Source of the DNA: Nitrospirota bacterium
Lineage (GTDB): Bacteria; Nitrospirota; Nitrospiria; Nitrospirales; Nitrospiraceae
Direction: 5' to 3'
Assembly (NCBI GenBank): GCA_963701855.1
Contig: CAVPBK010000009.1
Location: 320,001 to 384,000, forward strand
DNA: 64,000 nucleotides
A model generated the notes under the pieces. The model made no database searches. It saw nothing but the letters and a program-made list of their open reading frames with translations, and had not been told where the DNA came from. Within the stretch, counting starts at the first letter, position 1, and the number at the start of each line of letters is the position of its first letter. Made by a program: the position numbers and the translations under genes. Shown here one piece after another: positions 41,180 to 50,814 of the stretch.

Positions 41180-41228
41180 GGTCAGGATGATTCGTCACAG
41201 CTATTGTCGTTGCTAAAGGAGAACAACG

Positions 41229-41305
41229 GGCCGTCCAGATGACTGGAGGCCAAGACCGACTGTTTCAATCGTCAAATTGAGAACTGACCGGACCACCGGA
41301 GGTTC
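41229..41305 (+). ncRNA. Tandem hairpin, candidate cis-regulatory RNA
   Basis: GGCC-GT-CCAG-ATGA-CTGG-A-GGCC (41229-41251) and GAACT-GA-CCGG-ACCA-CCGG-A-GGTTC (41281-41305). Confidence 0.55.
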
Positions 41306-41326
41306 ACATGTCACGGAGGGAGCGAC

Positions 41327-42970
41327 ATGAGAATTTCCGGTGTGTGGTTTCTGGCAATTGCACTGCTCACGCTGCTGGCAGGCCTGCCGCTACAGGCTCG
41401 GGCGGTGGAAGAAGGCCAGCTTCAGAAGAAAGACGGCCGATGGGAGTATCTGCCGAGTGAAGACCCCGGCCTCAAGTATCTACTCCTCAAGGGAATCATT
41501 ACCCAAGATGAGTACGACAAGGGGCTTAAGACCTTGGAGACCAGAGAACGGATCGTGAAACCGAACTTCAACATCGACGTCAACAACGGCTTGAATATCC
41601 GCGTCGGCTCGAAATTCATGCTCAAAATGCGGCTGCTCACCCAGGTGCGCTACAGCTACAGTACCTTTAATAATGCCTGGGGGACTGTCGGAGACTCGAG
41701 GAACGAAGAAATTCTGGGAGGCCAGGTCGAATTTCGAGCTTTTAAACGCCAGAGTAATTCGAGTCAGTTTTCGGTTCCCCGGGCCCAACTCCAGTTCCTG
41801 GGGTTCGCCTTCGATCCCGACCTTCGCTACAACGTGTCTTTGCAGATGGATTCAACGACATATAACCAAGAAGGCGGTAATGGAAGAGCCACCCTCCAAG
41901 ATGCGTACATCTCTTCCTGGCATATCCCATGGGCAACCGCCCAGTTCGGCCAGCAACGGGTCTGGTTCAATCGCGCCTTGATCAGTTCTTCGGCCACGTC
42001 CACGTTCGCCGACAACATGATCGTGCAGAATGTGTTCGCCTCCAACCTTCAGAGCAGTCGTGATGTCGGGATCAACATCCTGAGCGATGAGGATCAATAC
42101 AAATTCAACTATGCCTTTGGCATTTGGGGAGGCGTCGGGGCGAATCTCGATCGGGACGGCACCGCTGTCAGCCAAAGGGTGCTGCCCCCTACCGGAACTC
42201 CAGGAGCGCCTAATTCTGGGACAACCAGAACTTACAACTACGACACCCGATTCATGAGCGGCGAATTAATGTATACGGCCCGGGTGCTGTACAAAATTGC
42301 CGGCAATCCGGGGTATGGGCAGGGCGACATCCTGAACTCCCGCACACTGCAATCTGCCATCGCCTTCGGGTACGCGTACGACCCAGGTCAGAACTATCTG
42401 AGTGCCACACGCTCCGATATTGTCGATCGCGCATACCGCCAGGCAGTGGCCAAAGCCATGAACGGCCGACTCCTTGGCGGAGGTATCTACGATTTTCAGA
42501 CCTATGAAACGGATTTCATTGCGAAGTACCAAGGCTGGTCGCTCCAAACAGAAGGGTACTACAGACACCAACGGGTACGGAACAAGGATGCCGGTACCCT
42601 AGCATTCGACAACGGAACGATCCCGACGAGCCCGCTCGCCGTAGGTCCCCCGGTGGATCTCGGCCAAGCCTGGGGCTGGTACGTGCAAGTCGGCAAGTAC
42701 ATCATTCCCAGGAAGCTCGAACTGGCCGTTCGGTATGGAGTACTGGATCCGTCCACCAAACAAAAAGACGATCTGACCAAAGAGTTCGGCGCCGCCATCA
42801 ACTATAGCTTTGACGGCACCTACAACAATCGGCTCATCATCGACTACTCCAACATCACTATGGGAAGCGGCGGGCGCGCACCGGACCGGTTCCCGTTCGA
42901 GAATCAACCGGGATTCGGTCGCGATCTCGTCGAAAACCGCATCAATGTGCAGTACCAGTTCTATTTCTAA
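41327..42970 (+). CDS. OprO/OprP-like anion-selective porin (paralog of 35065-36885)
   Basis: Signal peptide, KGIITQDEYD, GQQRVWFNR, SRDVG, C-terminal YQFYF. Confidence 0.82.
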   Translation: MRISGVWFLAIALLTLLAGLPLQARAVEEGQLQKKDGRWEYLPSEDPGLKYLLLKGIITQDEYDKGLKTLETRERIVKPNFNIDVNNGLNIRVGSKFMLKMRLLTQVRYSYSTFNNAWGTVGDSRNEEILGGQVEFRAFKRQSNSSQFSVPRAQLQFLGFAFDPDLRYNVSLQMDSTTYNQEGGNGRATLQDAYISSWHIPWATAQFGQQRVWFNRALISSSATSTFADNMIVQNVFASNLQSSRDVGINILSDEDQYKFNYAFGIWGGVGANLDRDGTAVSQRVLPPTGTPGAPNSGTTRTYNYDTRFMSGELMYTARVLYKIAGNPGYGQGDILNSRTLQSAIAFGYAYDPGQNYLSATRSDIVDRAYRQAVAKAMNGRLLGGGIYDFQTYETDFIAKYQGWSLQTEGYYRHQRVRNKDAGTLAFDNGTIPTSPLAVGPPVDLGQAWGWYVQVGKYIIPRKLELAVRYGVLDPSTKQKDDLTKEFGAAINYSFDGTYNNRLIIDYSNITMGSGGRAPDRFPFENQPGFGRDLVENRINVQYQFYF

Positions 42971-43010
42971 ACGCATGCTGAACGTTATCACGATGACCAG
43001 GAGGTTCTTT

Positions 43011-43832
43011 ATGACACGCCCAAGTGTTCTGTTGAGAAGTCTATTGTTCCTTAGTGTCTTGACCACAACCGTGTGGACCGCGCCGCCTGTGCAGGCGGCG
43101 CCTGAGACCGTCACGATCGCGGCTGCCAACAGCTTGAGGGAGGCCTTTCGACAAATACTCCCGCTCTTCGAAGCGCACAATAAGGACATCAATGTGCGAG
43201 TTATCTACGGGCCCTCTCAAACCCTCAGCAAGCAAATCGAAGAAGGCGCACCGATCGATGTGTTCCTGCCTTCGCAGGTTGAAGAAATCGACCAACTCGA
43301 GGAAAAAGGGCTCGTCATTCAAGGCACAAGACGTGTCTATGCCGGTACTTCGTTGGTCCTGATCGCCGGCACTGAGCTCCCGGCGCCAATCGCGTCGGTC
43401 CAGGATCTTCGCACAACTCTGATCCGGTACATTGCCATCGGCGACCCGAAAACCTCGTCGGTGGGAAAAGTAGCGGCTCAGTATCTCAAGTACAGCAAGC
43501 TCGACTCCCAACTCAAGTCGCAACTTGTCTATGGCGAGCATTCGCGAGCCGTCCTGGACCTGGTCGCCAAGGGCGAAGCCGATCTCGGCATCGTCTACCG
43601 CACAGACGCCGTATCGAATAAGAAGATCCGTATTCTCGACGAGGCCCCGGTGGACTCGCATTCACCAGTCCGCTACGGAGTCGCTGCAGTCTGGACCGCA
43701 AAGAACATCTCGGGCGCAGGAGATTTCATCAATTTTCTGGGGAGACCCCAGATCCAAACGCTCTTGCAAGACTACGGCTTCGATCGCATCGCCGAGTCGT
43801 CCGGCGTCGCTCAAAGACGGGAGGGACAATAA
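43011..43832 (+). CDS. ModA-like substrate-binding protein (non-canonical)
   Basis: AAANSL, GPSQTL, GAPIDVF, IAIGDP, GEADLGIVYRTDA; AGGAGG RBS. Confidence 0.85.
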   Translation: MTRPSVLLRSLLFLSVLTTTVWTAPPVQAAPETVTIAAANSLREAFRQILPLFEAHNKDINVRVIYGPSQTLSKQIEEGAPIDVFLPSQVEEIDQLEEKGLVIQGTRRVYAGTSLVLIAGTELPAPIASVQDLRTTLIRYIAIGDPKTSSVGKVAAQYLKYSKLDSQLKSQLVYGEHSRAVLDLVAKGEADLGIVYRTDAVSNKKIRILDEAPVDSHSPVRYGVAAVWTAKNISGAGDFINFLGRPQIQTLLQDYGFDRIAESSGVAQRREGQ

Positions 43833-44554
43833 TGAATCGCCACCAATACAATTTGACGCGTGGGTCGGCATGGCCCCTGCGCGCACTGTTCCTCATCGTC
43901 GGTCTCTCCATCGCCGCCGGTTGCGCGAGCCAACCTATCTCGCCATCGAGGACGGTCTACGAGGCTGGGTTGAATACGGTCCGGTTGGAGCAGGACCCTG
44001 ACTCCACGTCCAATGCGCATCCTGCCACGTTGACGGCAACTGAAGTCGGCACGTTGCTCCGGGGGGTCCGCGCATCGGAGCGGCGGAACATCGTTCACCG
44101 CCTCATTTTCGGCCAAGCTGATCAAACCAGGGCATTCCGGAAAGAAGAGATCGCCGTGCTGGCGTTGCCTCTTTCAACAGCGCTCTCTCTGGCTGAGCCG
44201 ACAGAACGTGTGTACTTCAACTTGAGTCATGCCACGGATCAGGGAGATCAGGAAACCACCACGGGCTGGATCTCCATCCAAGGGCCGATTCTGCACCTGA
44301 TCATCAGCGCCGTACACACCAGGCATAGCCCCGGTCCCGATATCAGCAAGTATGACCGTCAACTGCCGAACATTCCGGAGGCCTCGGCATTGTATGACGT
44401 GACGTTCGAGCCGGAGTATTATCTAGCCAAGGTGAGTTCGTCGCCCCGTTTCTGGGCGCCGGATCAGCGGGAAGAGTTGCAGATTCTATATCAGGATGCG
44501 CTTGCCGGGTTGACCGTTCAGCCCGCCCCAGAGCGCGAAGGAAAGAAGCCTTAG
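43832..44554 (+). CDS. Conserved lipoprotein
   Basis: Lipobox AAGC; NAHPATLT...LLRG, RVYF, TTGW; translationally coupled (TAATG). Confidence 0.82.
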   Translation: MNRHQYNLTRGSAWPLRALFLIVGLSIAAGCASQPISPSRTVYEAGLNTVRLEQDPDSTSNAHPATLTATEVGTLLRGVRASERRNIVHRLIFGQADQTRAFRKEEIAVLALPLSTALSLAEPTERVYFNLSHATDQGDQETTTGWISIQGPILHLIISAVHTRHSPGPDISKYDRQLPNIPEASALYDVTFEPEYYLAKVSSSPRFWAPDQREELQILYQDALAGLTVQPAPEREGKKP

Positions 44555-44582
44555 TCACAGCCGTGAGTGGTTGGCGCCGAGC

Positions 44583-44613
44583 GAATGGCGGCAGGAATGT
44601 CCTGCTGCCATTC
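44583..44613. other. Intergenic 13-bp stem-loop
   Basis: GAATGGCGGCAGG-AATGT-CCTGCTGCCATTC; no T tract. Confidence 0.55.
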
Positions 44614-44634
44614 ATCGAAGAGGCAAAGAGGTCA

Positions 44635-44949
44635 ATGAGTATCCTTGTTGTCGGTGGCGATTCAGCTGAGATGTTCCGGCAGCAGACCGGCGGCGGGCAT
44701 GGATACGTCGAGCATTGGAGCGGTCGTAAGAACCGCGACATGGCAAAGTCCATTCCCAAAGATACGGAAGCAGTGGTCGTCGTGCTGGATCGGGTGAGCC
44801 ATGGACTGGCTCGCAAGGTCCGAACCGAAGCGACACGTCGCGGCCTTCCCGTCTTCTTTCAAAAGCGAGCACGGCATGCGAGTCCGATGGATCATGACCC
44901 CATGGATTTGGCCCAATGGCTGAGCAAGACCTCGGAGATCAAGAAGTAA
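44635..44949 (+). CDS. DUF2325-family protein
   Basis: MSILVVGGD, HWSGR, VVLDRVSHGL, GLPVFF. Confidence 0.8.
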   Translation: MSILVVGGDSAEMFRQQTGGGHGYVEHWSGRKNRDMAKSIPKDTEAVVVVLDRVSHGLARKVRTEATRRGLPVFFQKRARHASPMDHDPMDLAQWLSKTSEIKK

Positions 44950-45039
44950 CTCTGTTCAATAAATGATCGGCCACGTAATCGATGGTCGAATGACAACACT
45001 TGATTGTAGAAGTCCATTACGAATAGAAAGGACCATCCC

Positions 45040-46062
45040 ATGATGTTGAAGCCGTTCGTTCTCACGCTTGCGCTCCTGACCGGAGCCTTGGGATTCACGT
45101 CGTCTATCCAGGCGGCAGGATCCGTTTCCATCCTGAACGTCTCATACGATCCGACACGCGAACTCTACCAGGAGTTCAATGTGGCGTTCGCCAAACACTG
45201 GTTGGCCAAGACGGGCCAGACCGTCAAAGTCTTGCAATCCCACGGAGGATCGAGCAAGCAGGCACGAGCTATCATCGATGGCTTGGAGGCCGACGTCGTG
45301 ACGCTGGCGCTGGCCTACGATATCGACGCCATCTCCGAAAAGGCCGGGCTGCTTCCAGCAAACTGGCAGAGTCGTCTTCCCAACAACAGCGCACCCTACA
45401 GCTCGACGATCACGTTCCTGGTCCGCAAGGGCAATCCCAAGGGCATCAAGGATTGGAACGACCTGGTCAAACCAGGAATCTCCGTCATCACCCCAAACCC
45501 CAAGACCTCCGGTGTCGCCCGCTGGAACTACTTGGCTGCATGGGGCTATGCTCTGAAACAATCCGGCGGCGATGAAGCCAAAGCGCAGGAATTTGTCCGG
45601 CAACTTTTTAAGAACGTGCCGGTGCTCGACTCGGGCGCCCGCGGCGCCACAACCACCTTCGTGGAGCGGGGCATCGGCGACGTTCTGATTAACTGGGAAA
45701 ACGAAATCTTGCTGAGCACCAAAGGCTCGGGCAAAGACAAGTTCGATATCGTCGTGCCGCCAATCAGCATCCTGGCAGAGCCGACGGTCAGCGTCGTAGA
45801 CAAGATCGTGGACAAGCGAGGCACCAGGCAAGTAGCTCAAGCCTATCTGGAATATCTCTACTCTGAAGAAGGCCAGGACATTGCCGGCAAAAACAACTAC
45901 CGCCCGCAGCTTCCATCAGTTGCCGCCAAATATGCTACGAATTTCCCGTCGGTGGAGCGGTTCACGCTACAAGAGGTCTTCGGCAACTGGCAGAAGGCGC
46001 ACAAGGCGCACTTTGCCGATGGCGCCAGCTTCGATCAAATCTATTTGCAGGGCGCAAAGTAG
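45040..46062 (+). CDS. sbp: Sulfate ABC transporter substrate-binding protein
   Basis: [31 protein letters not shown]. Confidence 0.96.
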   Translation: MMLKPFVLTLALLTGALGFTSSIQAAGSVSILNVSYDPTRELYQEFNVAFAKHWLAKTGQTVKVLQSHGGSSKQARAIIDGLEADVVTLALAYDIDAISEKAGLLPANWQSRLPNNSAPYSSTITFLVRKGNPKGIKDWNDLVKPGISVITPNPKTSGVARWNYLAAWGYALKQSGGDEAKAQEFVRQLFKNVPVLDSGARGATTTFVERGIGDVLINWENEILLSTKGSGKDKFDIVVPPISILAEPTVSVVDKIVDKRGTRQVAQAYLEYLYSEEGQDIAGKNNYRPQLPSVAAKYATNFPSVERFTLQEVFGNWQKAHKAHFADGASFDQIYLQGAK

Positions 46063-46169
46063 CGGCGATGAGACACACTTCGCCGATGGTAAGACATGTG
46101 ATCAGCTGTACTGTTGACTCCCAACAGCCTGGATAATCGTTCCCTGCAATCGGAGGCGGTGAGAAATTC

Positions 46170-47006
46170 ATGGCTATGGTGTTGAAACAACCCAGTGTCC
46201 TTCCGGGATTCGGTCTGACTCTGGGATTTGCATTGTTCTATTTCAGCCTGATCGTCTTGATCCCCCTCAGCGGTCTCGTCGTCAAGACGACCACACTGAG
46301 CTGGGAACAATTCTGGCACACGGTGACGGAGCCGCGTGCGCTTGCCTCCTACCAGCTCACATTCGGCGCCTCATTTCTGGGGGCTTTGATCAACGGCTTC
46401 TTCGGATCGGTGGTGGCGTGGGTCCTTGTGCGATACCGCTTTCCCGGGCGCTCGATCGTGGACGCGCTCGTGGATCTGCCCTTTGCCCTGCCGACCGCCG
46501 TCGCCGGAATTGCCTTGACCGCCATCTATTCGTCGAATGGATGGATCGGACGCTATCTCGAACCGCTGGGTCTCAAAGTCGCCTTTACGCCCCTGGGTGT
46601 CCTGGTCGCACTGACCTTCATTGGATTGCCGTTCGTGGTGCGAACGGTGCAACCGGTGCTACAGGATCTGGACAGGGAGGTGGAGGAAGCCGCCACTACG
46701 CTGGGAGCCAATCGGTGGCAAACAATCAGGGCGGTGATTATGCCTGAACTGTGGCCTGCCTTGTTGACCGGCGTGGCAATGGCATTCGCCCGCTCCGTCG
46801 GAGAATATGGCTCGGTCATCTTCATCGCCGGCAATATGCCTCTCAAATCGGAGATCACTCCGCTGTTGATCATGACCAAACTCGAACAGTACGATTACGC
46901 CGGAGCCACGGCGCTGGGAGTCGTCATGCTCGTGGTGTCGTTTATCCTCGCCCTGATGATCAATCTCATACAATGGTGGAGCGGCAGACGCCACACCGCT
47001 CGTTAG
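46170..47006 (+). CDS. cysT: Sulfate ABC permease CysT
   Basis: DLPFALPTAVAGIAL, GEYGSVIFIAGN. Confidence 0.96.
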   Translation: MAMVLKQPSVLPGFGLTLGFALFYFSLIVLIPLSGLVVKTTTLSWEQFWHTVTEPRALASYQLTFGASFLGALINGFFGSVVAWVLVRYRFPGRSIVDALVDLPFALPTAVAGIALTAIYSSNGWIGRYLEPLGLKVAFTPLGVLVALTFIGLPFVVRTVQPVLQDLDREVEEAATTLGANRWQTIRAVIMPELWPALLTGVAMAFARSVGEYGSVIFIAGNMPLKSEITPLLIMTKLEQYDYAGATALGVVMLVVSFILALMINLIQWWSGRRHTAR

Positions 47007-47018
47007 AAAGAGAAGAGT

Positions 47019-47927
47019 ATGTCGACAGAGACCGTTGCCAGAGTAAGAAACGAAGAGTGGAACGCCTCATTGACCAGCGAAGGCGCCTTGGTTCGATGGG
47101 CACTGATTGTCGCGGCTCTCGGATACCTGACGCTCTTCCTGTTTATCCCCCTCGCAGCTGTGTTTACCGAAGCGCTGAAGAACGGACTTGAAGGCTACTT
47201 CGCCTCATTCACGGACCCGGATACCCTGTCGGCGATTCGCCTGACCTTCCTCGCCGCATCCCTGGCCGTTCCACTCAACCTCATGTTCGGCGTCTCTGCA
47301 GCCTGGGCCATCGCCAAATTCGAATTCGTCGGTAAACAGATTCTCATCACGCTCATCGACATCCCGTTGGCCGTGTCCCCCGTCATCTCGGGATTGATTT
47401 ACGTGCTGCTCTTCGGAGCGCAGGGCTGGGTGGGCCCCTGGCTGGCCGAACACGACATCAAGATCATCTTCGCCCTGCCGGGCATCGTGCTCGCCACCAC
47501 CTTTGTCACCGTTCCATTTATCGCGCGCGAGCTGATCCCATTGATGCAATCACAGGGACGAGAGGAAGAAGAGGCGGCGCTCACGCTGGGCGCGTCGGGA
47601 TGGCACACGTTTATTCGAGTCACTCTCCCGAATATCAAGTGGAGCCTGCTCTATGGGGTCATTCTCTGCAATGCACGGGCGATGGGAGAATTCGGAGCGG
47701 TCTCCGTCGTGTCAGGCCATATTCGGGGGCTCACCAATACGATGCCGCTTCATGTCGAGATCCTGTACAACGAGTATAACGCCGTCGGGGCCTTCGCGGT
47801 GGCCTCGCTCCTCACCTTGTTGGCCATTGTGACGCTTGTCGTCAAAACAGTCATCGAACGGAAATCCGCTTCATCACGATCGACTCATGATCCTGCATCA
47901 ACCACGCAGCCAGGGAGTCCATCGTGA
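47019..47927 (+). CDS. cysW: Sulfate ABC permease CysW
   Basis: [23 protein letters not shown]. Confidence 0.96.
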   Translation: MSTETVARVRNEEWNASLTSEGALVRWALIVAALGYLTLFLFIPLAAVFTEALKNGLEGYFASFTDPDTLSAIRLTFLAASLAVPLNLMFGVSAAWAIAKFEFVGKQILITLIDIPLAVSPVISGLIYVLLFGAQGWVGPWLAEHDIKIIFALPGIVLATTFVTVPFIARELIPLMQSQGREEEEAALTLGASGWHTFIRVTLPNIKWSLLYGVILCNARAMGEFGAVSVVSGHIRGLTNTMPLHVEILYNEYNAVGAFAVASLLTLLAIVTLVVKTVIERKSASSRSTHDPASTTQPGSPS

Positions 47928-49006
47928 GTATCCAGGTCGATCACGTCACCAAACGATTCGGCAGCTTCACCGTCCTGAATGACGTGAGCCTTCACGTACA
48001 GACTGGAGAACTCGTGGCGCTCCTCGGTCCATCCGGTTGCGGCAAGACCACCCTGCTCAGAATTCTGGCTGGATTGGAGAGGCCCGACCAGGGACGAATT
48101 CTCTTGCATGGCGACGAGGTAACGGAACAGCGCATCACCGACCGGCGCGTGGGATTCGTGTTCCAGCATTACGCGTTGTTCCGGCATATGACCGTCGCAG
48201 AAAATGTCGCATTCGGACTGACCGTGCTTCCCCGCCCGCAACGGCCTTCTCCTGACCAGATCCAGAAGAAAGTCCATGACTTGCTGTCATTGGTCCAGCT
48301 GCAGGCGATGGCCGACCGCTATCCAAATCAGCTTTCCGGAGGGCAACGTCAACGCGTGGCCTTGGCCAGAGCGCTGGCCGTGGAACCGAAAATGCTTCTG
48401 CTTGATGAACCCTTTGGCGCACTGGACACCAAAGTCAGAAAGGAACTGAGACGCTGGCTCCGGCGACTCCATGACGAATTGCACATTACAAGTATCCTAG
48501 TCACGCATGACCAGGAAGAAGCCTTAGAAGCGGCAGACCGTATCGTGGTGTTGAACCAGGGGCATATCGAGCAGATCGGCACGCCGGAGGAAGTCTATGA
48601 ACACCCGGCAACACCGTTCGTGTACCGCTTCCTCGGCGATGTGAACGTGTTTCATGGCCGAATTGCCCACGACGAGACTGCGCACGAAGAGGCGGACGGG
48701 CAACCTCCTGCAGGGAGAGACCCTTCGAACGAACATGAGGTCACCTTTGTCCGTCCCCACGACCTGGAACTCAGCCGAAGCCGGACCACGACGACACAGC
48801 TCGAGGCGACCGTACGATTTGTCATCACAGCCGGATCGCGCGTCCGCCTCGAGCTGGTCTCGAAAAACTCTCCGCAAACCATTGAGGTTGAACTCACCAA
48901 AGAGCGTTATCGCGAGTTACGGCTTCAACAAGGCGATGTGGTCTTTGTGCACCCGAAACAACTACAAGTATTCAAAATGCCCGGCCCCTTATCTGGGAGG
49001 CCGTGA
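47924..49006 (+). CDS. cysA: Sulfate ABC ATPase CysA
   Basis: [34 protein letters not shown]. Confidence 0.96.
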   Translation: MSIQVDHVTKRFGSFTVLNDVSLHVQTGELVALLGPSGCGKTTLLRILAGLERPDQGRILLHGDEVTEQRITDRRVGFVFQHYALFRHMTVAENVAFGLTVLPRPQRPSPDQIQKKVHDLLSLVQLQAMADRYPNQLSGGQRQRVALARALAVEPKMLLLDEPFGALDTKVRKELRRWLRRLHDELHITSILVTHDQEEALEAADRIVVLNQGHIEQIGTPEEVYEHPATPFVYRFLGDVNVFHGRIAHDETAHEEADGQPPAGRDPSNEHEVTFVRPHDLELSRSRTTTTQLEATVRFVITAGSRVRLELVSKNSPQTIEVELTKERYRELRLQQGDVVFVHPKQLQVFKMPGPLSGRP

Positions 49007-49094
49007 TCCGTGTGAGTACGCATTTCACCGATGCGGGTGCCGGCCGACAGCAGCAATCCGCAACGAGGTAACTGCAACTCGTAGAGCTAAAGTC

Positions 49095-50171
49095 ATGAGT
49101 ATTGAAACACCTCTCCAGATCGTGACTGCGGACCCGCACACACTGGCCCTCTCTATCCGGGCCAGTTGCCTGGTCTTTGAAGACCCTGCGTCCAGAGCAC
49201 TACTGAAACGTGTGCAACGGATCGCTCCGAGCAATGCGACGGCCCTCATCATCGGCGAGACCGGCACCGGCAAGGAGCTGATCGCGCGCCACATCCACGA
49301 ACTGAGCGGTCGCCGATCCGGCCCGTTCGTGGCGTTCAATTGCGCCGCGATCAGCGAATCCTTGATGGAAAGCGAACTCTTCGGCCATGAGCGCGGCGCC
49401 TTTACCGGCGCCGTGGCCGCCAAGGCCGGCTGGTTCGAAACCGCGCAGGGGGGCTCGTTGTTCCTGGATGAGATCGGCGATCTCCCACTCGTGCTTCAGG
49501 CCAAACTGCTGCGGGTCATCCAAGAGCGGGAAGTCATCCGTGTCGGATCGCGCCAGTCCATCGCCATCGATGTACGATTGATTGCGGCGACAAACGTGAA
49601 CCTGGATGACGCAGTGGCGGCAGGGCGATTCCGCGAGGATCTCTACTACCGGCTTCATGTGGCGCCGGTACCGCTTCCTCCGCTGCGGGAGCGTCCCGGA
49701 GATATTCTGCCGCTGGTTCACCACTTTCTGAAGATCTACGGAACTCGTCTCGGATTCGCCAGTGCCGACCTCGCTCCCGACGCGGTGCAGCAATTGCTCG
49801 ATTATCCTTGGCCAGGCAACATTCGCGAGCTGGAAAACACCGTCCATCATGCGCTGCTCGTCTGCCCCGATCACACCGTGCGCCCCGAAGATCTGCGCCT
49901 CCCCGCTCCACGATCCCCACAACCGCCCGCACCGGCAGCGGGCTCGACGCAGTCATTGGAAGCGCTCCTTCGTACACTCTTCAACGGCGACAGATCCAAT
50001 CTCTATCGTCGAATCGATGAAACGGTGATTCGCACCGCATACGAGTATTGCGAACGGAACCAGCTGCGGACCGCCCGACTTCTGGGCATCAGCCGCAATA
50101 TCGTGCGCGATCGCCTGAAACAGTACGGACTGCTCAATGTAGAAAAGCAACGGTATTGCCATGATAGCTAA
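49095..50171 (+). CDS. Sigma54-dependent activator without a sensory domain (SfnR-like)
   Basis: Very short N-terminus, GETGTGKE, GAFTGA, WPGNIREL, C-terminal NQLRTARLLGISRN HTH. Confidence 0.88.
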   Translation: MSIETPLQIVTADPHTLALSIRASCLVFEDPASRALLKRVQRIAPSNATALIIGETGTGKELIARHIHELSGRRSGPFVAFNCAAISESLMESELFGHERGAFTGAVAAKAGWFETAQGGSLFLDEIGDLPLVLQAKLLRVIQEREVIRVGSRQSIAIDVRLIAATNVNLDDAVAAGRFREDLYYRLHVAPVPLPPLRERPGDILPLVHHFLKIYGTRLGFASADLAPDAVQQLLDYPWPGNIRELENTVHHALLVCPDHTVRPEDLRLPAPRSPQPPAPAAGSTQSLEALLRTLFNGDRSNLYRRIDETVIRTAYEYCERNQLRTARLLGISRNIVRDRLKQYGLLNVEKQRYCHDS

Positions 50172-50580
50172 ACCTTGTTTCGTGATTTTTGCCCACAACG
50201 CCAACTACGACAACCTCCATCAGGTCGGCACGCTGGGACTGACGGCGGCAGCGATGGGCAAGAATGTCACGGTGGTGCTGCTCTTCTGGACCATTCGCAA
50301 GCTGGCAGAGGGGCGAATCGACGAGGTGGACTTTTCACCGGAATATGACGGAGCGGCGGATCAAGTCCGCCGCCTGCTGAAGGAAAAGAAGGTGCCCCTC
50401 GTGTCCGAGATGTTCCAGGAAGCCAGGGCGGTCGGCGACTTCCAGCTGGTCGCGTGCAGTGCCGGACTCGAATATATGGGGGTGGAGGCAGATGCAATCA
50501 CAAAGCAAGTGGATTGCGTCATGGGACTGCCGGCCATCCTGGCACTGACAGCCAACGCCGAAACGACACTCTTTATTTAA
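50161..50580 (+). CDS. DsrE/DrsE2-like sulfur relay protein
   Basis: AAAMGKNVTV.LLFW and LVACSAG (conserved Cys). Confidence 0.78.
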   Translation: MIAKPCFVIFAHNANYDNLHQVGTLGLTAAAMGKNVTVVLLFWTIRKLAEGRIDEVDFSPEYDGAADQVRRLLKEKKVPLVSEMFQEARAVGDFQLVACSAGLEYMGVEADAITKQVDCVMGLPAILALTANAETTLFI

Positions 50581-50613
50581 AGACGCAGCGAAGCCAGCAG
50601 GAGAACCGAGTAT

Positions 50614-50814
50614 ATGGTGATCACGATCAACGGAAAACCCGAGGAGGTTCAGGTATCAGTCCTCCTGGACCTGCTGAAAGCGAAGAAGATCGAGCCACGA
50701 ATGGTCGCGGTGGAACTCAACGACACGATGATCGAGGGTGATCACCTGGCCTCAACCACGGTGAAGGAAGGTGATCGGGTGGAATTTCTGTTCTACATGG
50801 GGGGCGGTCGGTGA
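50614..50814 (+). CDS. thiS: ThiS-family sulfur carrier protein
   Basis: ITINGK, VAVELN, EGDRVEFL, C-terminal MGGGR. Confidence 0.9.
   Translation: MVITINGKPEEVQVSVLLDLLKAKKIEPRMVAVELNDTMIEGDHLASTTVKEGDRVEFLFYMGGGR

Noticed and set aside
48654..49094. N-terminal extensions given by the ORF track (48654 for the activator, 42810 for the ModA-like gene, 28262 for the barrel, 40826 for YezD)
   Set aside because: They overlap upstream genes extensively; downstream starts fit better
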